Part shown: positions 60,474-64,000 of the stretch, one piece after another
How the letters are laid out: every line of letters begins with the position of its first letter
Numbering within the stretch: position 1 is the stretch's first letter
Source of the DNA: Xylographa opegraphella
Lineage: Eukaryota
Assembly: GCA_022813865.1 (NCBI GenBank)
Contig: JALDZX010000064.1
Span: forward strand, 1-64,000
Reading direction: 5' to 3'
Length of the DNA: 64,000 bases
The notes under the pieces: generated by a model
What the model was told of the DNA's origin: nothing
The model's input: only the letters and a program-made list of their open reading frames with translations
The model's database searches: none
Program-made: the position numbers and the translations under genes

Positions 60474-61168
60474 CTGCTGTGACGAATGTCTGTGTGCTTG
60501 CATGGCGACGGCGTTGGAAATGGTTATAGAGTTGGAAATCTACTTTATGTACAGCCATTATGACAAATTGATATAGACTGCTCTTACGTGCTCCGTATAT
60601 AAGACATGGTGGCGAGCATCGAAATATCACGTTTTCACCAGATGTCAGGCAGTGCAAGGTTGAGAATAATGTGCTGGGATTGTCTTTGTCCACACACCCT
60701 CTCTAGGACTCTGCTGAGTAGATTTGGAGACCCTCTATTGCAATGACCCAGCATCGCATGTGCTGATTTCAGCCTTATTATGCATCGCCATGAGTTGATG
60801 CTGATCACATCTTCCTACATGAGGAATATGTGAAATCCCAGTCCGGTCTGTTATCCGTTGTTCAAGATGAGGCTCCTGTTCGACAACCCTTTGGCAGCCC
60901 TTGCCGGCAGAGTCCTCAAGAACAGGGCCTGAATGTCCAAGTGACTACCCTGAAACAGCAGCCCCACTCGCATCCATCATCAGATATTCCATATCCTTTT
61001 GCGCACAATCAATACCTGCACTCCAGACATGACGCTTCCGTGGCGTCAAGAAATGCTGTTGAGGAATGCCTCTATATTCGTAAGTGGCAAGATTCCATTA
61101 TAGGCTCGTTCCCGAGGGAAAATGTTCAGTCACTCTCAGAACTGCTCTATCATCCGCCTCAGTCATCG

Positions 61169-61725
61169 TCATGCACTGATAGGGGCAGTTTCAGCCGATC
61201 TCGGTGAGGTCAGCGTTGGTTTTGGCTTTTGTTGCCGAGCTTGGATGATGCTATATTTTGGTTCGATCAAGCCCACCTAGAGACATGATCAACAATGAAG
61301 GACGAGGCACAACATGTATCATGAAAGCCGAAGGTGTCCATTTAATATGGTGCATCCACCTACCATAGCAAGCAGCCGCCACACTGGGTCTGAAGGCTGT
61401 GCTCCGACTCCGAGCCAGTATTTCGCACGGACGGTGTCCAGTTTGATGTCCTTGAAAGGCTTTCCTTGGCCGAAAGGTGGTGGTTTGGGAATTGGGTCAT
61501 AGGTCCCTAGAGTCTGTTAGAGTCCGGTCAGGAGTGTGGTGGGTGCTAGATGTTGGCCTACCCAAAACCTCTAACGGCTTGCTGTTTCTTGCGGTTCTGC
61601 TTTGTATCAGCTCCATGCACATCGCCAAGGAGTACTGTTGAGCGTCACCTTGCATTCGCAACGACGATATTGTAAAAGGGCGCGTTGGTCTTGCCGAACC
61701 GGGCCAGGCGTATCTTGACAGCCAT
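61169..61725 (-). CDS. MRPS16: Mitochondrial ribosomal protein bS16m, ~120 aa; exons 61725-61649, 61596-61562, 61506-61364, 61276-61169
   Basis: Manual splicing gives [44 protein letters not shown]...RAKYWLGVGAQPSDPVWRLL; not called as a gene by the ORF track. Confidence 0.93.
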
Positions 61726-62451
61726 CTTCGAGCTCTAGGAGATACACTCCACACGAGACAGCATTGACATGCGGTCTATAAAAAACAAAAAAGCTGCTCC
61801 GCGGGCGGAGGACAGCGCTTTGGCCAAAACCGGCTTTAGTGTCGGATAGGATCTAGCTTCGTACGGCAAAACAGCCTTAGTCCCGAGTTAGGGCCTTGAC
61901 CCGCCAAGCCGAATCTTCGGTACAAATGCTTCTTTAAGCGCACACAGCCCTTGTCCTTCCACCTGATACCAATCCCGCAAGCTCCCAGGTGTCGGACCAG
62001 CCTCAGCTCAACGGCCCATACAACTCCCCTTGACCTAAGCCTCCGCGTCCTTTGTACAGCAAGAAAATCATGGCACCCGCACCTTTCCAGCCAGCTCACA
62101 CCGCTCCATAAATACGCGGCCCTTAATCGTGAGCGAGGTCCCACCCGCTTTCCACAAGCCCACGGGAGCGCCAAAAAATTCTAAAGCTACATAGCATTTA
62201 CTTCTTCATCTCGACCTTCGACTACGTCAATACCCAAGAAGACAAAAGCCCGCAGGAAGTTGCGCAAGCTGGGACGAATCCGCACGGACATCTCTTTATC
62301 GACACACATCTTGCACTATCTGGTTAAGGAGCTGCAATAGGCTTAGGCGGCTCACCGCCCATCAGTGCATGGGTGGAGGAGCTGGGAGAAGTGTACTGTA
62401 CATTGGACGAGGAGGACTCAGCACCGTAATAACTATACATAATTCCTAATA

Positions 62452-63409
62452 ATGTCTCAAAGGCAAGCCAACACCGTCTGGCATGCATCGGCTCACCAAA
62501 CCGCTAACACGACGCACCAGAAGAGAGTATCACATTGTTGTTCTAGGCGCTGGAGGGGTGGGCAAAAGTTGTTTGACGGGTTGGTCCGCCTGCAGCCTTA
62601 CTCGTACGGCGATGAGCGAGAACAGAAACTGACTACTTTCGTCGGGTGCAGCACAGTTTGTTCGGAATGTATGGATAGAAAGTTATGACCCGACGATCGA
62701 GGACTCTTACAGGAAGCAAATCAATGTAGATGTGAGGGGAACCGACGTCGTAACGAAGAATGACAGCTGATATTTCATAGGGGCGTCAATGTATATTAGA
62801 AATGTACGCAGCTTGAGAGCACATGTGTTGAGGCACTGCTGACGAAACACAGCTTAGACACCGCTGGCACGGAACAATTTAGTAAGCATACACATCCTCT
62901 CACCCAGCGCTGGTTCCGTGACTAACACAAATGCAGCCGCAATGAGGTACACGAGTGTCCACCCCACCACAAAACAGCTCTGACATCCTTCCAGAGAGCT
63001 CTACATGAAATCCGGGCAAGGTTTCCTCCTCGTCTTCTCCATCACGAGCCTCAGCAGCCTCAACGAGCTGTACGAACTACGCGAGCAGATCGTGCGGATA
63101 AAGGACGACGAGCGCGTCCCCCTCGTCATCGTGGGCAACAAGTCCGATCTGGAGGAGGACCGGGCGGTGTCGCGCGCACGTGCGTTCGCCGTCTCGGAGG
63201 GGTGGGGTCACGCCCCCTACTACGAGACCTCGGCGCGGCGGCGGGCGAACGTGGACGAGGCCTTTACGGATCTCTGCAGGCAGATCATCCGCAAAGATCA
63301 GGCTCTCTCGCAAATACCTGGGACGCCTCGGGGGGTACGTGACCCCCCACCGAGGCCGTGGCACAAGAAGCCGAAGAATAAATCGGGCACCCACTGTACG
63401 ATCTTGTGA
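62452..63409 (+). CDS. RSR1: Ras-family GTPase Rsr1/Rap1 (Krev-1 type), 7 exons, CAAX C-terminus
   Basis: [38 protein letters not shown] (Thr at the Ras Q61 position, a Rap signature), NKSD, ETSA, CTIL. Confidence 0.93.
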
Positions 63410-63631
63410 CGCAAGAGACGGATGTCATCCATATCACAGATACCATTTGGAGTCGCAATATAAACGCAGTTTAAGACGAGGATCAATTTCGTGCAGCTGC
63501 TTTTCAGTTACTGGGGTTCTCATCATGCACATTCACCGTCCATTTCACCTGATGGCTCGACTTGAAATCCTTGAACATCCGTACACCTGAACCCCAACCC
63601 ACAAAGTTACACATACGCAACCAGCCCCCTT

Positions 63632-63923
63632 TTACATCCGAAACACCCCAAACCTCGTCTCCGCCCCCTCCCCCTCCCCACCCATCGCCGCCCTCAGCCC
63701 CATGCCCAGCACCCGCCTCGTATGCGCCGGCGGGATGACGCCATCGTCCCACAGCCGCGCGGACGAGAAGGCCGCCTCGCTCTCGCGCTCGATGCGCGCC
63801 TTCAGCGCCGGGTCGACGGCCTTGCCCACTGTCTCCATCACCGCGCTCAGCTGCTCCGAGCCCATGACGCCGATCTTTGCGTTCGGCCACATCCACAGGA
63901 AGCGCGGCGAGTACGCCCGGCCA
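63632..63923 (-). CDS. mccB: 3-methylcrotonyl-CoA carboxylase beta subunit, last exon only (gene continues beyond the window)
   Basis: GRAYSPRFLWMWPNAKIGVMG, SSARLWDDGVI, FGVFRM terminus; intron acceptor at 63924. Confidence 0.9.
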
Positions 63924-64000
63924 CTGGTTTGCCCGCCTTGTCAGCCGGTCGAAGATCTCTTGGGTATCCCCCCAAAACGGGGCAAGGGGTGGGGGAAAAA

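Overview
Gene-dense, intron-rich DNA from a filamentous ascomycete (Pezizomycotina). The short GT-AG introns with CTRAC branch points and the fungal gene families support this; the species cannot be determined from the sequence. About 28 intact or partial protein-coding genes are supported, mostly housekeeping: vacuolar protease PRB1, BEACH/Bph1, Bax-inhibitor, INP54-like phosphatase, mitoribosomal mS45 and bS16m, HOM2, septin CDC11, HSV2, ivdA/mccA/acyl-CoA dehydrogenase/mccB, DLD1, MTG1, SHO1, ro-10, AVT-type transporter and RSR1. Two of them (a GFA/Mss4-like gene and MRPS16) appear only after manual splicing. The most striking accessory feature is a ~9 kb island (27.6-36.7 kb) between HOM2 and CDC11. 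It holds a leaderless UbiA prenyltransferase, two different methyltransferases and an alpha/beta hydrolase, bracketed by one intact and one decayed PTH11-like membrane gene, with no PKS/NRPS/terpene synthase core. This makes it a candidate core-less 'tailoring-only' pathway. Other signals: a box C/D snoRNA candidate in the mS45 intron, a spliced micro-ORF/lncRNA locus, a DUF2828 protein with a degenerate MIDAS motif, a hairpin-dense 3' element, and recurring local C-to-G strand-skew inversions. All calls come from reading the sequence and recognising motifs; no database searches were run.
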